This document shows, piece after piece, positions 1 through 11,781 of a stretch of DNA of 18,750 nt. The translations under genes were made by a program, and so were the position numbers. The notes below the pieces were generated by a model. The model did not search any database. It saw nothing but the letters and a program-made list of their open reading frames with translations, and was not told the origin of the DNA. Origin of the DNA: Paraspadella gotoi (lineage: Eukaryota > Animalia > Chaetognatha); assembly GCA_051294375.1 (NCBI GenBank), contig JBJCIZ010001013.1, positions 1-18,750 of the forward strand, in the 5' to 3' direction. The first letter of the stretch is position 1, and every line of letters begins with the position of its first letter.

Positions 1-15
1 GGTGTCTCATCTACA
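1..15 (+). repeat. 3' end of an LTR (copy A 5' LTR, truncated by window start)
   Basis: GGTGTCTCATCTACA is identical to the LTR ends at 13307-13321 and 15486-15500 and is followed by the PBS. Confidence 0.9.
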
Positions 16-17
16 AC

Positions 18-28
18 TGGTGAGCCCA
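18..28 (+). promoter_or_regulatory. Primer-binding site TGGTGAGCCCA
   Basis: Starts with TGG (complement of tRNA CCA) 2 nt after the LTR end; repeated at ~10082 and 15503; resembles the tRNA-Trp-type PBS TGGTGACCCC of CsRn1-clade elements. Confidence 0.8.
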
Positions 29-518
29 ACTTAGAACTATATCCAACCTATGCCCAAATTTTTAACCTTTTTATCAACATGAACGCCTTAGGGAAACTTT
101 TCTCTANNNNNNNNNNNNNNNNNNNNNNNNNNNNNNNNNNNNNNNNNNNNNNNNNNNNNNNNNNNNNNNNNNNNNNNNNNNNNNNNNNNNNNNNNNNNNN
201 NNNNNNNNNNNNNNNNNNNNNNNNNNNNNNNNNNNNNNNNNNNNNNNNNNNNNNNNNNNNNNNNNNNNNNNNNNNNNNNNNNNNNNNNNNNNNNNNNNNN
301 NNNNNNNNNNNNNNNNNNNNNNNNNNNNNNNNNNNNNNNNNNNNNNNNNNNNNNNNNNNNNNNNNNNNGAAGCCTTAGAATTATTCTTCACAATCAAATA
401 GCCCTAATCGCCTCGCTAAGCTAAATAAAATCAAATCTCGACGACAAAATCAAGAAACAAAGACGAACTTCGATCGGGACCCACGTGGAGAAGACCAAGC
501 GGATATTATCTCCTCCTT

Positions 519-565
519 AGGTAGGCAAGCTCGTGTGAATATTAGGCTGAAATACTTGCCTACCT
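519..565 (+). other. Conserved 5'-leader stem-loop (AGGTAGGCAAG...CTTGCCTACCT)
   Basis: 11-bp inverted repeat; retained at 15757-15805 with a G-U-compatible change. Confidence 0.55.
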
Positions 566-619
566 CTCACCACTTCTCTCCCTCTCTTTCCCTTCCAAAC
601 TCGCCTTCAAAACTATCGA

Positions 620-1846
620 ATGAGCGGACCAGCTGGTGGAACCCGTGCTCGAGCAGCACATGCCAGCATCTCCGACGACGACGCTCTTCCTCTTCAGAAC
701 CATCAACAGGCGCGCCTTGCGCCTCCACTTCCGTTGGGTTTTGGACGAGGCCATCGCTCACCGACGTCAGACGCCAATCAAACGCCTTTCGCCTTTCCAA
801 CGAGCACAGCCAGCATGGCGACCGCGCCGACAACGGAGCCACAAGAGGATTTGATTCGCACTTTAGCAACCACCCTCGCGGCGTCACTCAACAGCCTCTC
901 TCTCAAGAAACCAAAGCTACCGGATTTCGACGCCGATAACGNNNNNNNNNNNNNNNNNNNNNNNNNNNNNNNNNNNNNNNNNNNNNNNNNNNNNNNNNNN
1001 NNNNNNNNNNNNNNNNNNNNNNNNNNNNNNNNNNNNNNNNNNNNNNNNNNNNNNNNNNNNNNNNNNNNNNNNNNNNNNNNNNNNNNNNNNNNNNNNNNNN
1101 NNNNNNNNNNNNNNNNNNNNNNNNNNNNNNNNNNNNNNNNNNNNNNNNNNNNNNNNNNNNNNNNNNNNNNNNAATTCACTGTCGACTATAATCCTCGCAT
1201 CAACGCGTTTCTATTTGGCGAGGCATCTGACGCCACGTGGAAGGAGTTTCTAACATACCTTCGATCAGAATATGGTCGTACCAGAGCGCAACAGGCCGCT
1301 TCATTGATCGACGGAACTCGTCGGGAAAATCGTCGCCCTTCACAACTACTCGCTCTCATGAAGGAAAAAGCGGGTAAAGTAACAGTCGACGACATCCTCA
1401 AGGAATTGCTGCTGAGGGAGTTGCCGCCAGAAATTCAACGCAGTCTGGCTGAACGCGTCGAAATCGTCGATGCTGAAGCCACTGCTAAATTCGCCGACGC
1501 TTATTTTGATCGAGACGGCCAGCTTCTGCACTCAACGACCGCCAACTCGATAAATAGCGTCAATCCTGGCGTCACTCCACTCATGCAAGATGAGACGCCA
1601 CCAATCGACGACGTCAACGCCATCAATCGGCAACGTCAAGGCCAACCTTTTCGACGACCGACCAACAGCTTTAAGCGACCTCCAAACGCCGATAGAGCAC
1701 CGAGCACCACTTCAAATCATCAGCAAAAAACGAAGCGTGTCGACATATGCTTCTACCATCGCAAATTTGGCGACGCAGCAAAAAATTGCGAGGCAGGCTG
1801 CTACAAGCAACAACAGGAAAACTGGAAGGCCGGCGGGAGGAAGTGA
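620..1846 (+). CDS. gag: Gag of Ty3/Gypsy (CsRn1-like) retrotransposon, copy A1; internal N gap
   Basis: KLPDF motif and C-terminal C-X2-H-X9-C-X3-C (CFYHRKFGDAAKNCEAGC); highly similar to the ORF at 15857; the gap at 942-1172 is longer than the ~85 bp expected from copy C. Confidence 0.88.
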   Translation: MSGPAGGTRARAAHASISDDDALPLQNHQQARLAPPLPLGFGRGHRSPTSDANQTPFAFPTSTASMATAPTTEPQEDLIRTLATTLAASLNSLSLKKPKLPDFDADNXXXXXXXXXXXXXXXXXXXXXXXXXXXXXXXXXXXXXXXXXXXXXXXXXXXXXXXXXXXXXXXXXXXXXXXXXXXXXXFTVDYNPRINAFLFGEASDATWKEFLTYLRSEYGRTRAQQAASLIDGTRRENRRPSQLLALMKEKAGKVTVDDILKELLLRELPPEIQRSLAERVEIVDAEATAKFADAYFDRDGQLLHSTTANSINSVNPGVTPLMQDETPPIDDVNAINRQRQGQPFRRPTNSFKRPPNADRAPSTTSNHQQKTKRVDICFYHRKFGDAAKNCEAGCYKQQQENWKAGGRK

Positions 1847-1863
1847 ATGCCATCCCGGCCGGC
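1816..1863 (+). promoter_or_regulatory. -1 ribosomal frameshift signal (G_GAA_AAC plus GC-rich stem)
   Basis: Slippery-like heptamer in gag frame, 5-nt spacer, then GGCCGGCGGGA / TCCCGGCCGGC stem; pol is in the -1 frame in copy C. Confidence 0.7.
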
Positions 1864-1888
1864 NNNNNNNNNNNNNNNNNNNNNNNNN

Positions 1889-2169
1889 TCTCCTCCTTAG
1901 GTAGGCAAGCTCGTGTGAATATTAGGCTGAATAACTTGCCTACTCTCACCACTCTCTCCTCTCTTTCCCTTCCAAACTCGCCTTCAAAACTAGTCGAATA
2001 AGCGGACCAGCTGGTGGAAACCCGTGCTCGAGCACACATGCCAGCATCTCCGACGACGACGCTCTTCCTCTTCAGAACCATCAACAGGCGCGCCTTGCGC
2101 CTCCACTTCCGTTGGTTTTGGACGAGGCCATCGCTCACCGACGTCAGACGCCATCAAACGCCTTTCGCC
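1889..2169 (+). repeat. Restarted, indel-rich duplicate of the 5' leader and gag start (matches ~509-793)
   Basis: Direct sequence match beginning right after a 25-N gap. Confidence 0.85.
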
Positions 2170-2170
2170 A

Positions 2171-3000
2171 TTTAATGGTTTTGGTATCATATTTTATTTT
2201 TTTTTTTTGTGTTTTATTTTTTTATTTTTTTTTTATTTTTTTTGTTTACTGTGTTTATTTTTTTATTTTTTTTTTCTTTGGTGTTGAAGTATGTGATTTA
2301 TATAGGTCTGTTAAACGATTAGGGATAAATCGGTGTAGGTATTTATTAATGATTTGATTAAATTTTGGGAATTTAGTCGGGTTTTCTTGGTAATTGGGTA
2401 TGGTTTTTGGTTTATTTTTTTTGTTTTTTTGTTGTTTTTTTGTTTTATAGAGTTCTTTTATTAATTTTTATTTATTTATAAATTATATTATTCTCTTGGA
2501 TATTTTTTTGTTCTTATTTTATTATTTATTTATAAATTCTTTTTTTTTCTATAATTTTTTTACTCTCATTGTTTTGGTTTTTTTCTGATATTGCTGATGG
2601 ATATATAATGTGGATATTTATTTATATAACATTTTCATTTTGTTTTTTTTATTTATATTAGGATCTTGTTATATTTCGTTACTTTTTGTTCTTTTATTGT
2701 TTTTTTACTATGTTTTTAATCGTTAAATATTTATTTATATTTATTATTTTATTTTTTTATTTTTTTTTGTATTTTGTATATTTTTTTTTTTTTTTTTTTT
2801 TTTTTTGGTATTTTTGTCAATCTTTTATAACTTTTTTTTTTTTTTTGTTTATAATATATTATTTGCAATTTTTTTTTTTTTATTTTTTATATTTTTTTCA
2901 GATCTATTTTTTTCTTTTTTTAATTTTTTCTTGTAGGGAATCTAAATTTCAATTTTTTAAATATATTTTTGAATTAATATATTTTATCTTACCTCTTCTT
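2171..3000. repeat. T-rich low-complexity tract interrupting gag (probable low-quality read segment)
   Basis: Poly-T-dominated with no period; gag sequence stops at 2169 and resumes at ~3003 at essentially the same point. Confidence 0.7.
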
Positions 3001-4150
3001 ATCTTTCCACTAATCGAGCACTCACAGAGCCGCAATATGCGACCGAAGCCGACAACGGAGCCACACATGAGGATTTTGAATTTCGCACTTTAGCAACCAC
3101 CTACTTTTCTTTGTTCGGGCGGGCGTCATTCTGATATCATACAGCCTCTCTCTCAAGAATACCAAAGCACCCGGAGTGTATTTCGACGCCGATAACGTCG
3201 AGCGCTTTTGAGATTTCAAAAGTGCGAGGTCGGCTTATCTCTACCGCGCAGGAAACGACGGCGGCCACGTGTTAAAAAGTTGCTTAATAAAACCAAGAAG
3301 TATCATTATTTCTACTGTCGACTATATTATTATATCACATTCATATTCCGCAGTTTCATATTTGGCTGAGGCATCTGACGCCCACCGTGGAAGGAGTTTC
3401 TAACATACCTTCGATCAGAATATGGTCGTGGACCAAGAGCGCAACAGGCCGCTTCATTGATCGACGGAAACTCGAGTCGGGAAAATCGTCGCCATTCACA
3501 ACTACTCGACTTCATGAAGGAAAAAGCGGGATCAAGTAACAGTTACGATCGATCAGTCCCGCGCAAAGAATTGCTGGCTGGAGGGAATTGCCGGCAAGAA
3601 ATTCCAACGGGCAGTCCTGGCTGAACGCGTGCGAAATGCAGTCGACAGATACTGAAACCGCAGCGGAGAATTGTCTGGAATTAGTTGGCGAGCAAGCACG
3701 ACGCACTTAATTTTGAGGGTCGAGAGGACGGCCAGACCTTGGTAGGACTCAACGACCGCAACATCGTACATAGACGTCAGTACGCGCCATGGCGTCACAT
3801 TACCAGCTCAGCAAGAGTAGAGGAGGCGCACCATCCAACTCGACGACAGTGCAACGCCACATCAAATGCGAGGACAGGCGAGTCAAGGCCAACCTTGTTA
3901 CGAGACGAACCGAGACCAAGCAGCCTCTTATTAAGGCGGCGAGGACCTCTCAAACGCCGATGAAAGAGCAGCGAAGACCACGTATCAAGAGTCATCAGCA
4001 AAAACAGAAGCGTGTCGGACATATGCTTCTACCAAGAATGCGCAAAATTGCGCCACGATGCAGAGCAAAAAATTAGCGAGGCCAGGCACCGTGGACATCA
4101 AGCAACCAACAGAAAACTGGAGGAGGAACCCCGGCGGAGAGGAAGTGGAA
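3001..4150 (+). pseudogene. gag: Frameshifted gag, copy A2
   Basis: Collinear with 793-1846 but dense in 1-3 bp insertions, typical of raw long-read error. Confidence 0.8.
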
Positions 4151-7100
4151 TGCCATCAGCCGGCCGGCAATATCATGGAGATAGCAAAGATTCACTTACC
4201 GAGAGTATATTAGCGACGCCGAGATCAGTCTCGAAGGTGGCTCGTCGACGGAAAGAGGCAAGCTTAGTGCTCACATAATTCCCGGCACCAACCAAAAGCC
4301 GAAGGCGGGAAAAAGGAGAAACGGAGAGTACAAAGTTAGCAGCAAATGGATCGTACAATTTACATGTTATGGCTACAAAAACGTGCGACATAGCGTTAGG
4401 TCGAACTCCGGCAAGCTTCACATTTATAGTAACTAAAAGCCCGACGTTACGCAACCCATCTTAGGCTCCGACTTCTTAGCCGGAGCACTAGTAGCTCCAA
4501 ATCAATCGGCGATGGCTATCTGCGATTTGAATCTTCTCGACTATAAGCACCATCGCCGCGTCCACAAGGCAAATAAACAACAGCCAAGGGCAGAATCAAC
4601 TCATCCCATCCAGGCACGACACGACCCCTATTACAAGCTACTAACAGCTACCACAAGTTGATGCGGAACCTTCCTTCAAGCACGGATTACCCAGCACATG
4701 GAGCGTCAAACACTACATTCGCGACCACTGGTCCGACCCGTCCAATCTGCGAGCTCGTCGATTGGGCGCAAAGAACACCACGCTTGAAGTCGCCAAGAAG
4801 GAGTTGGCACAAGTGGGATGTGTGCGAAGTTAAGAATCCAGCTCGTCGAGCTAAAAGTGATGGGCATAGCCCTTCTTTTAGTTGGATAAATACCAGCAGA
4901 GCAGGGGTTACCGCGTCCTAGTGGCGACTTCCGTCGACTTAATAAGCAGCAACAGTGGATGAATAAATATCCCGTTAAAACCCTTAACGATTTTTTAACG
5001 CGGCAACCTAAGCGGCAAACGTGTAAATTCAGTAAATAGATTATACTGAAAGGGTATCATGCAGATACCAGATAGGACGAAGAAGAGGAGATGGGTCGCC
5101 ATAGACCCGCGTCGCATTACGTACACCAGTCGCGGACCGAGCTCTACGTGGTTCCCACGTACCCGCGGTCGGAGTAAAAAGGACGAGGGATCACCGGTCA
5201 AGACTTTCGAACGGTTTAATGGACCGAAAACTCTACGACGGCCTACCCTTCTTCTTCGTCTACATAGACGCACATCCTTGGTGGCCCTCGGAGAACCACC
5301 AACAACGACGCGGAGCACCTTCGACAAAGTCTTCGAGCACACTCCATCATAAATGGTCTTGTCGTCAATCGACAAAAGTGTGTACTTGGCGATCGAGCTC
5401 GACTTCCTCGGATATCGAATCGACTCCAATGGCATCGCTCCCTCCAGACAGAGTCTCCGCTATCATGAGACGACTCCCACCACTACAATCAAAGAGTTGC
5501 AGGGCCGCTTTCTCGCCTCAGTCAACTATTATCGACGATTATTCGAGAATCGGGGCTCATCATCTTCTATCGCGCCTTTATTCGAGGCCCTGAAGACCAG
5601 TCGAGACCACGCCTGCTCAACTGGACGACCGAATAGTCAACAGTCATTCGAAATCTATCAGCTCGCTCTCCCTCCAAAGCCACGATGCTTCGACACCCTC
5701 GCCAGGAGCAGCTCTAGCAGTAACGTCAGACCGCCTCCAACACAGAAATCGGCGCCGTGCTTGAGGTCAACGGCAGCAACGCGGCCCAAAGGGCTGGGAG
5801 CCGCTTGCATTTTTTTCCGCAAAATTACAGAAGAATCAGCAGCTCTGGCCTCCCTTCGATCGCGAGCTCCTCGCCGCATGGAGAGCTGTGAGACATTTCA
5901 AACCGATGATCGAAGGCCGCCATTTTACTCTATACACAGATCATAAGTCACTCGTTCCCGCCTTGGCTAAGAAAACCGAGCCTCATACTGCGCGACAAAC
6001 CTACCAGCTTGCCGGCATTGCGGAATATACGACAGATATACAATATCTAGCCGGCAAAGCCAACGTCGTCGCCGACTCGCTATCTCGGCCAAACATCGAC
6101 TTAAATCCTGATCCAAATCCTCCTTCTCTTTCCCCTCCCCCATCCCCTACCCCTCAACCTCTCTTCCCTTTTCTCTCTGCCCCCAAATCCCCTCCTCCCC
6201 CTATAATTGCCTCGATCGATAAAGAAATATCTTCGTCAAAGCAACAAGTCGTCGATCAACTCGCCAATTCCATTCTCCAGCACGGTATCGACTTGGAGAA
6301 GATGGCGATCGACCAACCACTGGATGCCGACTATCAACGCATCTCGAGCGACGCTGCATCGGGATTGCGTTTCAGAAAAATCTCACTCGGCACCACGACA
6401 ATCACTGCTGACGTCAGCAACGGCCCTCCTCGACCCTTCGTGCCTTTCTCGTGGCGTCGACGCGTCTTCGACACGATCCACGGCCTCGGCCATCCAGGCG
6501 TCGAAAGAACTCGTCAAACCGTAGCTGAAAAATTCGTATGGCCTTCGATGAGATCCGACGTCTCTAGATGGGCCCGCGAGTGTCAGGACTGCCAGCGGGC
6601 CAAAGTGACTCGAAATACCGTTCCAGAGATTGGGACCTTCGACCTCCCTGAAAAACGCTTCAGTCATATCCATGTCGACATTGTAAGCCTTCCCCCGTCA
6701 AATGGATTTAACTATGTTCTTACCGCGGTCGATCGCTTTTCTCGATGGCCAATCGCCGTACCCATGAAGGATATTTCCGCCAAAACGGTCGCAGACGCCC
6801 TCGTCCACGGCTGGATCTCAGCGTTCGGCGTGCCCAGCTTACAATACAACCGACGAAGAGCCGGCGCTTCGATTTTGTGGGTAAGTCTAAGACTTGGGCG
6901 GGACCAACTCTCGTATCGTCATGGGGGAGTCAGTCACCACTAATCCTCAACTAACGCCATATCAATGGAGCAGGTCATCCAAGCGATCTCGTAGTTTAGG
7001 GATCTAACGCGATCGTCGGACTGAAGGTAGATCCATTCAATAGAGGGCTGGGGGGCCCGGGCTGGGACGCCGAGTGAGGCGAGGGTGGCGTATCTGCGCG

Positions 7101-8213
7101 GCGCCTCGAGACGTCACGCTATTTGGATTAGTCCAGGGTCATTCGGAACGGAGCTGCGAGAGAGCCTGAATATAAGGGCGCTTCAGCTAGGCAGAACTAT
7201 GTAACCGGGCGAGCCTTATCGCCGTGCTGGGCCGAGGCCTCCTGCCCATCACCCGGCGCGCGGCCATATGTGGGAGGCCGAGGCGAACGATGGACGGGAG
7301 GGGTTTTTGGGTTTACGAAACGGTCGAGTCCAAGGCGTTTTCGTCCCGAAGACACTCTCGCTATTCTCCGATTGCGTACGGTCGCACAATCTTCAACCCA
7401 CTCAAACGTCACACATCGTCAACCGAACGTTTATCTCCAGAAACTTTGGCGTCACGCCTCCCACGTTTGTTCGTCGAGGGGGCGTGTCCACTCCTCTCCG
7501 GCGCCTTACCTCGGTCCCTACCGAGTAATATCACGCGAGAGTTATTCTTCAAACTAGCGATTCCCGGCCGAACGCGGTAGCAAAATATCATCATTCTCGG
7601 CTTAAAACCGCTTTCGAAGCGACGACGACACTTCCGGTGACGCTGATCCGCCACGAACGCCTTCGCCTCCGCCTTCTCCGCCTCCCCCCGGTCGACGCCC
7701 GGGAAATCGACTGCTGTACACCTCCTCCTTCTACGACGAATCTCCGTTCGAACTCGAATTTAAATCGAAATCATTCGTCAGCTCCAAACAACGATTGCTC
7801 TCCTCCTCCTCCTCCCCCTCTCCTCCCCTCCTCCCCCTCCCCCCACCCCCAACCAGAACTCCTCCTGTACCACCTCCCTCATTCGCTCCACAAATTCGTT
7901 CTCCCCACTCGATTTTCCCCCATTGAAAACAATGTAAACAAACCGAAAAAAATAAAGTAAACAATGAAATAAACATTCGCGAGACGACACAACAACGACG
8001 AAGACGTCAATATCGAATTCAATACTCGAGATACACAGAAACGAATCGTTCAACGGTCCGGAGGCAGCGAATCCCACTCGGGCCTTCCATCCGCCCCCTC
8101 TCCCCCTATCGTTTCTCGAAACCTACCCCGCTAATTTCTCTTATCGCGCGAGAGACCACGCCACACCGCCAAAGCGTCAATTCGAATCGACGCTCTTCGA
8201 ACGGCCGGTCTGA
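4110..8213 (+). pseudogene. pol: Frameshifted pol (PR-RT-RNase H-IN with long C-terminal tail), copy A2
   Basis: Fragments VYID (~5260), LDFLGYRI, YTDHKSL, ADSLSR, HHCC zinc finger, HVDIV, VDRFSRW and GPY motif (PYLGPYRV, ~7504-7530); end coordinate approximate. Confidence 0.85.
5888..6943 (+). CDS. pol: In-frame piece of pol: RNase H C-terminus, Pro-rich linker, integrase zinc finger and start of the core
   Basis: TDHKSL...ADSLSR, H-GLG-H...[21 protein letters not shown]; not an independent gene, and the frame degrades after ~6840. Confidence 0.85.
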   Translation: MRHFKPMIEGRHFTLYTDHKSLVPALAKKTEPHTARQTYQLAGIAEYTTDIQYLAGKANVVADSLSRPNIDLNPDPNPPSLSPPPSPTPQPLFPFLSAPKSPPPPIIASIDKEISSSKQQVVDQLANSILQHGIDLEKMAIDQPLDADYQRISSDAASGLRFRKISLGTTTITADVSNGPPRPFVPFSWRRRVFDTIHGLGHPGVERTRQTVAEKFVWPSMRSDVSRWARECQDCQRAKVTRNTVPEIGTFDLPEKRFSHIHVDIVSLPPSNGFNYVLTAVDRFSRWPIAVPMKDISAKTVADALVHGWISAFGVPSLQYNRRRAGASILWVSLRLGRDQLSYRHGGVSHH

Positions 8214-8700
8214 TGGCACACGTTGAAGCAAATGCGACCGACGATCCGCATCAACATCAAATCAAAACTCGAACGGGTCAGTCAAATTTAAAACTCATAT
8301 TCAAACCCTGTTAATTCTGTATTTTCACAACTTTATATAAACGATTTCTTTAATCAGTTTAAAAACTTTTATTAACAATTTACAATGATCATATTTTTAC
8401 TGTAATCAGTAATATCAATATCTTCAAAAATCATCGCCACCGTTTATTTTGAAAAATCAACATCGAAATTGGGATGTTACTGAAACAAAACTTTACTCGT
8501 TATTAATTTGAAACAAATTTTACTCGTTACGCTATTTTATTTAGAACAACCTTTTCTCAATGTTAAAATGATTTAACAAATGTTAAATCTCGATTAATCC
8601 TTTGTACAATGCAGAAAATTTATTTTTCGAATTCTTGCAAAACTAAATTTTAATAGAATAAACTACACGAAAGTATTCCCCCATTTTATCTATGGGGTGT

Positions 8701-10079
8701 TGTAGCCTCGAACCCAGGCCAACCAAAATAATTAATAATTAACTTAGGTAATTGAAGTACATCGAATCCGATTATTTAATATGATTACTATTAACCAAGT
8801 TCTACTTATATAAATTATTCCAAATAATAATTACCTGATAAATAGAATGCCCATCGTTGGATTCGAACCAGCGACCTATCGGATCTCGAGCCATCGTNNN
8901 NNNNNNNNNNNNNNNNNNNNNNNNNNNNNNNNNNNNNNNNNNNNNNNNNNNNNNNNNNNNNNNNNNNNNNNNNNNNNNNNNNNNNNNNNNNNNNNNNNNN
9001 NNNNNNNNNNNNNNNNNNNNNNNNNNNNNNNNNNNNNNNNNNNNNNNNNNNNNNNNNNNNNNNNNNNNNNNNNNNNNNNNNNNNNNNNNNNNNNNNNNNN
9101 NNNNNNNNNNNNNNNNNNNNNNNNNNNNNNNNNNNNNNNNNNNNNNNNNNNNNNNNNNNNNNNNNNNNNNNNNNNNNNNNNNNNNNNNNNNNNNNNNNNN
9201 NNNNNNNNNNNNNNNNNNNNNNNNNNNNNNNNNNNNNNNNNNNNNNNNNNNNNNNNNNNNNNNNNNNNNNNNNNNNNNNNNNNNNNNNNNNNNNNNNNNN
9301 NNNNNNNNNNNNNNNNNNNNNNNNNNNNNNNNNNNNNNNNNNNNNNNNNNNNNNNNNNNNNNNNNNNNNNNNNNNNNNNNNNNNNNNNNNNNNNNNNNNN
9401 NNNNNNNNNNNNNNNNNNNNNNNNNNNNNNNNNNNNNNNNNNNNNNNNNNNNNNNNNNNNNNNNNNNNNNNNNNNNNNNNNNNNNNNNNNNNNNNNNNNN
9501 NNNNNNNNNNNNNNNNNNNNNNNNNNNNNNNNNNNNNNNNNNNNNNNNNNNNNNNNNNNNNNNNNNNNNNNNNNNNNNNNNNNNNNNNNNNNNNNNNNNN
9601 NNNNNNNNNNNNNNNNNNNNNNNNNNNNNNNNNNNNNNNNNNNNNNNNNNNNNNNNNNNNNNNNNNNNNNNNNNNNNNNNNNNNNNNNNNNNNNNNNNNN
9701 NNNNNNNNNNNNNNNNNNNNNNNNNNNNNNNNNNNNNNNNNNNNNNNNNNNNNNNNNNNNNNNNNNNNNNNNNNNNNNNNNNNNNNNNNNNNNNNNNNNN
9801 NNNNNNNNNNNNNNNNNNNNNNTTCTTATCCATTTATACGCCGGCACTTTTACTTGGAAACAACCCAAACAGAGAAATAAATATTCTCATCACTCAGCTC
9901 TATTATCGATGCTCTTTGTTGTATAGCTAGCGATTATAGGCGAGTTGGTTATTACTAGAACTATTAAATCAAGATGATGATTTAAAATAGCAGACGACTT
10001 TGTTAACCTTTTTTGGCTCTCTATTCGGTTCTATTTCAATTCCTGTTTTTATCCTATCGGTGCCTGGTGTCTCATTACA
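8701..10079 (+). repeat. LTR shared between copies A and B (true length ~440 bp, inflated by N gap 8898-9822)
   Basis: Starts TGTAGCCTCGAACC after a G-rich PPT-like tract, ends TACA, followed by PBS; the gap flanks are nearly contiguous in the other LTR copies. Confidence 0.85.
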
Positions 10080-10431
10080 ACTGGTGAGCCCCAACTTTAG
10101 AACTATGCCAACCTATGCCCAATTTTTAATTTTTTATCAAATGAACGCCTTAGTCGGAAACTTTTCTCTACAATATTAGCCTTTGAACCCGTTGATAAAT
10201 TACTCTTCACAATCAAAATAGCCCTAATTGCCTCGCTAAGCCCAAATAAAAATCAAAATCTCGACGACAAAATCAAGAAACAAAAGACGATATTCATCAC
10301 CACTAAAGATAAGCGAATTATCTCCTCCTTAGGTAGGCAAGCTCTGCTGAATATTAGGCTGAAATAACTTGCCTCCTCTCACCACTTCTCTCTCTCTCTT
10401 TTCCTTTTCCAAACTCGCCTTAAACTATCGA

Positions 10432-11130
10432 ATGAGGGACCAAGCGTAAAGCCCGTGCTCGAGCAAGCCACATTGCCAGCATCTCCGGACGACGACGCTC
10501 TCCCTTCTTCAGAACCATCAGCAGGCGCGCCTTCCCTTCCACTTCCGTTGGGTTTTGGACGAGGCTCTCGAGTACTCGTTCTCACCGACGTCAGACGCCA
10601 TCAACGCTTTCGCTCTCTCCCAGACGAGCGCCGCCAGCATGGCGACCGCGCCGGACAACGAGCCAGCAAGGGGGGGGGGGGGGGGGTGGTGGTGTGGGGG
10701 GCGGGGGGGCAGCGGGGGGGGGGGGGGGGAGGTGGTTGATTGCTTCGTCACGCTAGCTCTCAACGACCGCTCGCCTCACTAAAGCCTCTCCCTCAAGAAA
10801 CCAAAGCTACGGATGTTTCGACGCCGCGATAACGTTCGAGCTTTGGGATTCAAAGATTTGGAGTCGGCTTGTATCTCCGCGCAGGAACCGATGGCGCCAC
10901 GAAAAAGTGCTTTTTAGAGACAAATTCCACTGTCACTATAATCCTCGCATCAACGCGTGTTCTGTTTGGTGAGGCATCTGACGCCACGTGGAGGAGTTCC
11001 TAGCTACCTTCGATCAAATATGGCCGTACATCGCAGGCCGCAACAGCCGCCTATGACTGGGTTCGACGGATACTCTCGCGGAAAATCGTCGCCCTTCACA
11101 ACTACTCGCTCTCATGAAGGAAAAAGCGGG
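10432..11130 (+). pseudogene. gag: Degraded 5' part of gag, copy B
   Basis: Collinear with 620-1375 with many indels and a poly-G patch; C-terminal gag missing. Confidence 0.75.
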
Positions 11131-11194
11131 GTGTAGAATTTAACCGGATCCTCGTGACAGTGCGTGAGAGTGAAATTGCTGTCTCCGGAGGGGA

Positions 11195-11681
11195 ATGCTC
11201 GTCGACGGAGGAGCTACAGTCTCCATAATTCCCCCATCCAAAGCCGAGCGGGAAAAAGGAGAAACGAATACCAAATTGAAAGCAGCAAATGGATCTACAA
11301 TTTCATGCTATGGCTACAAAAACGTGCGCATCCGTTTAGGTCGACGCAGCTTCACATTTATAGTAACTATAGCCGACGTTACGCAACCAATCTTAGGCTC
11401 CGACTTCTTAGCGGAGCACTACTTAGCTCCAAATCATCGCGATGGCTATCTCATTGATCTTCTCGACTACAGCACCATCGCTGCGTCCAAGGCAAATAAA
11501 CAACAGCCAATCAGAATCAACTTCATCCATCAGGCCGACGACCCCTATTACAAGCTACTCGACAGCTACCACAACTTGTGTACTCCCTCCTTCAAGCCAA
11601 CGGAACCCAAGCATGGCGTCAAACATTATATTCCGACCACGGGTCGACCCGTCCAATCTCGAGCTCGTCGATTGGCGCCAG
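11195..11681 (+). CDS. pol: pol fragment: aspartic protease and PR-RT linker, copy B
   Basis: LVDGGATVSII...LKAANG...PILGSDFL; protein nearly identical to copy C; the ATG at 11195 is not a real start. Confidence 0.85.
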
Positions 11682-11781
11682 NNNNNNNNNNNNNNNNNNN
11701 NNNNNNNNNNNNNNNNNNNNNNNNNNNNNNNNNNNNNNNNNNNNNNNNNNNNNNNNNNNNNNNNNNNNNNNNNNNNNNNNN

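Noticed and set aside
535-939. Alternative-frame and antisense ORFs overlapping gag/pol (e.g. 535-939, 15633-16121)
   Set aside because: Shadow ORFs of GC-rich coding sequence with no motifs and inconsistent boundaries between copies
1889-2169. Apparent tandem duplication of leader and gag
   Set aside because: Begins exactly at a 25-N gap with raw-read-like indels; consistent with an overfilled gap rather than biology
2171-3000. T-rich tract and Phe-rich 'membrane protein' ORFs (2024-2357, 2686-3093)
   Set aside because: Compositional artefact: interrupts gag with no recognisable termini and lies in error-rich sequence, most likely a low-quality read segment
3001-5880. Dense frameshifts as evidence of an ancient decayed copy
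   Set aside because: Insertion-dominated errors alternate with clean blocks (e.g. 5890-6830), pointing to sequencing error; age cannot be inferred
8213-8700. Possible env or third ORF after pol
   Set aside because: AT-rich 3'UTR with no sizeable ORF in either copy
8898-9822. Long N-spanning ORFs and an apparently 1.4-kb LTR
   Set aside because: The ORFs are open only because of Ns, and the flanks are nearly contiguous in other LTR copies
10669-10732. Poly-G run suggesting a G-quadruplex or Gly-rich ORF
   Set aside because: Sits at a point that is ordinary gag in the other copies, within noisy sequence; probably a base-calling artefact
11130-11195. Jump from mid-gag to protease (possible non-autonomous deletion or splice form)
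   Set aside because: The junction is ~65 bp of unalignable sequence at a switch from noisy to clean quality; probably a contig join
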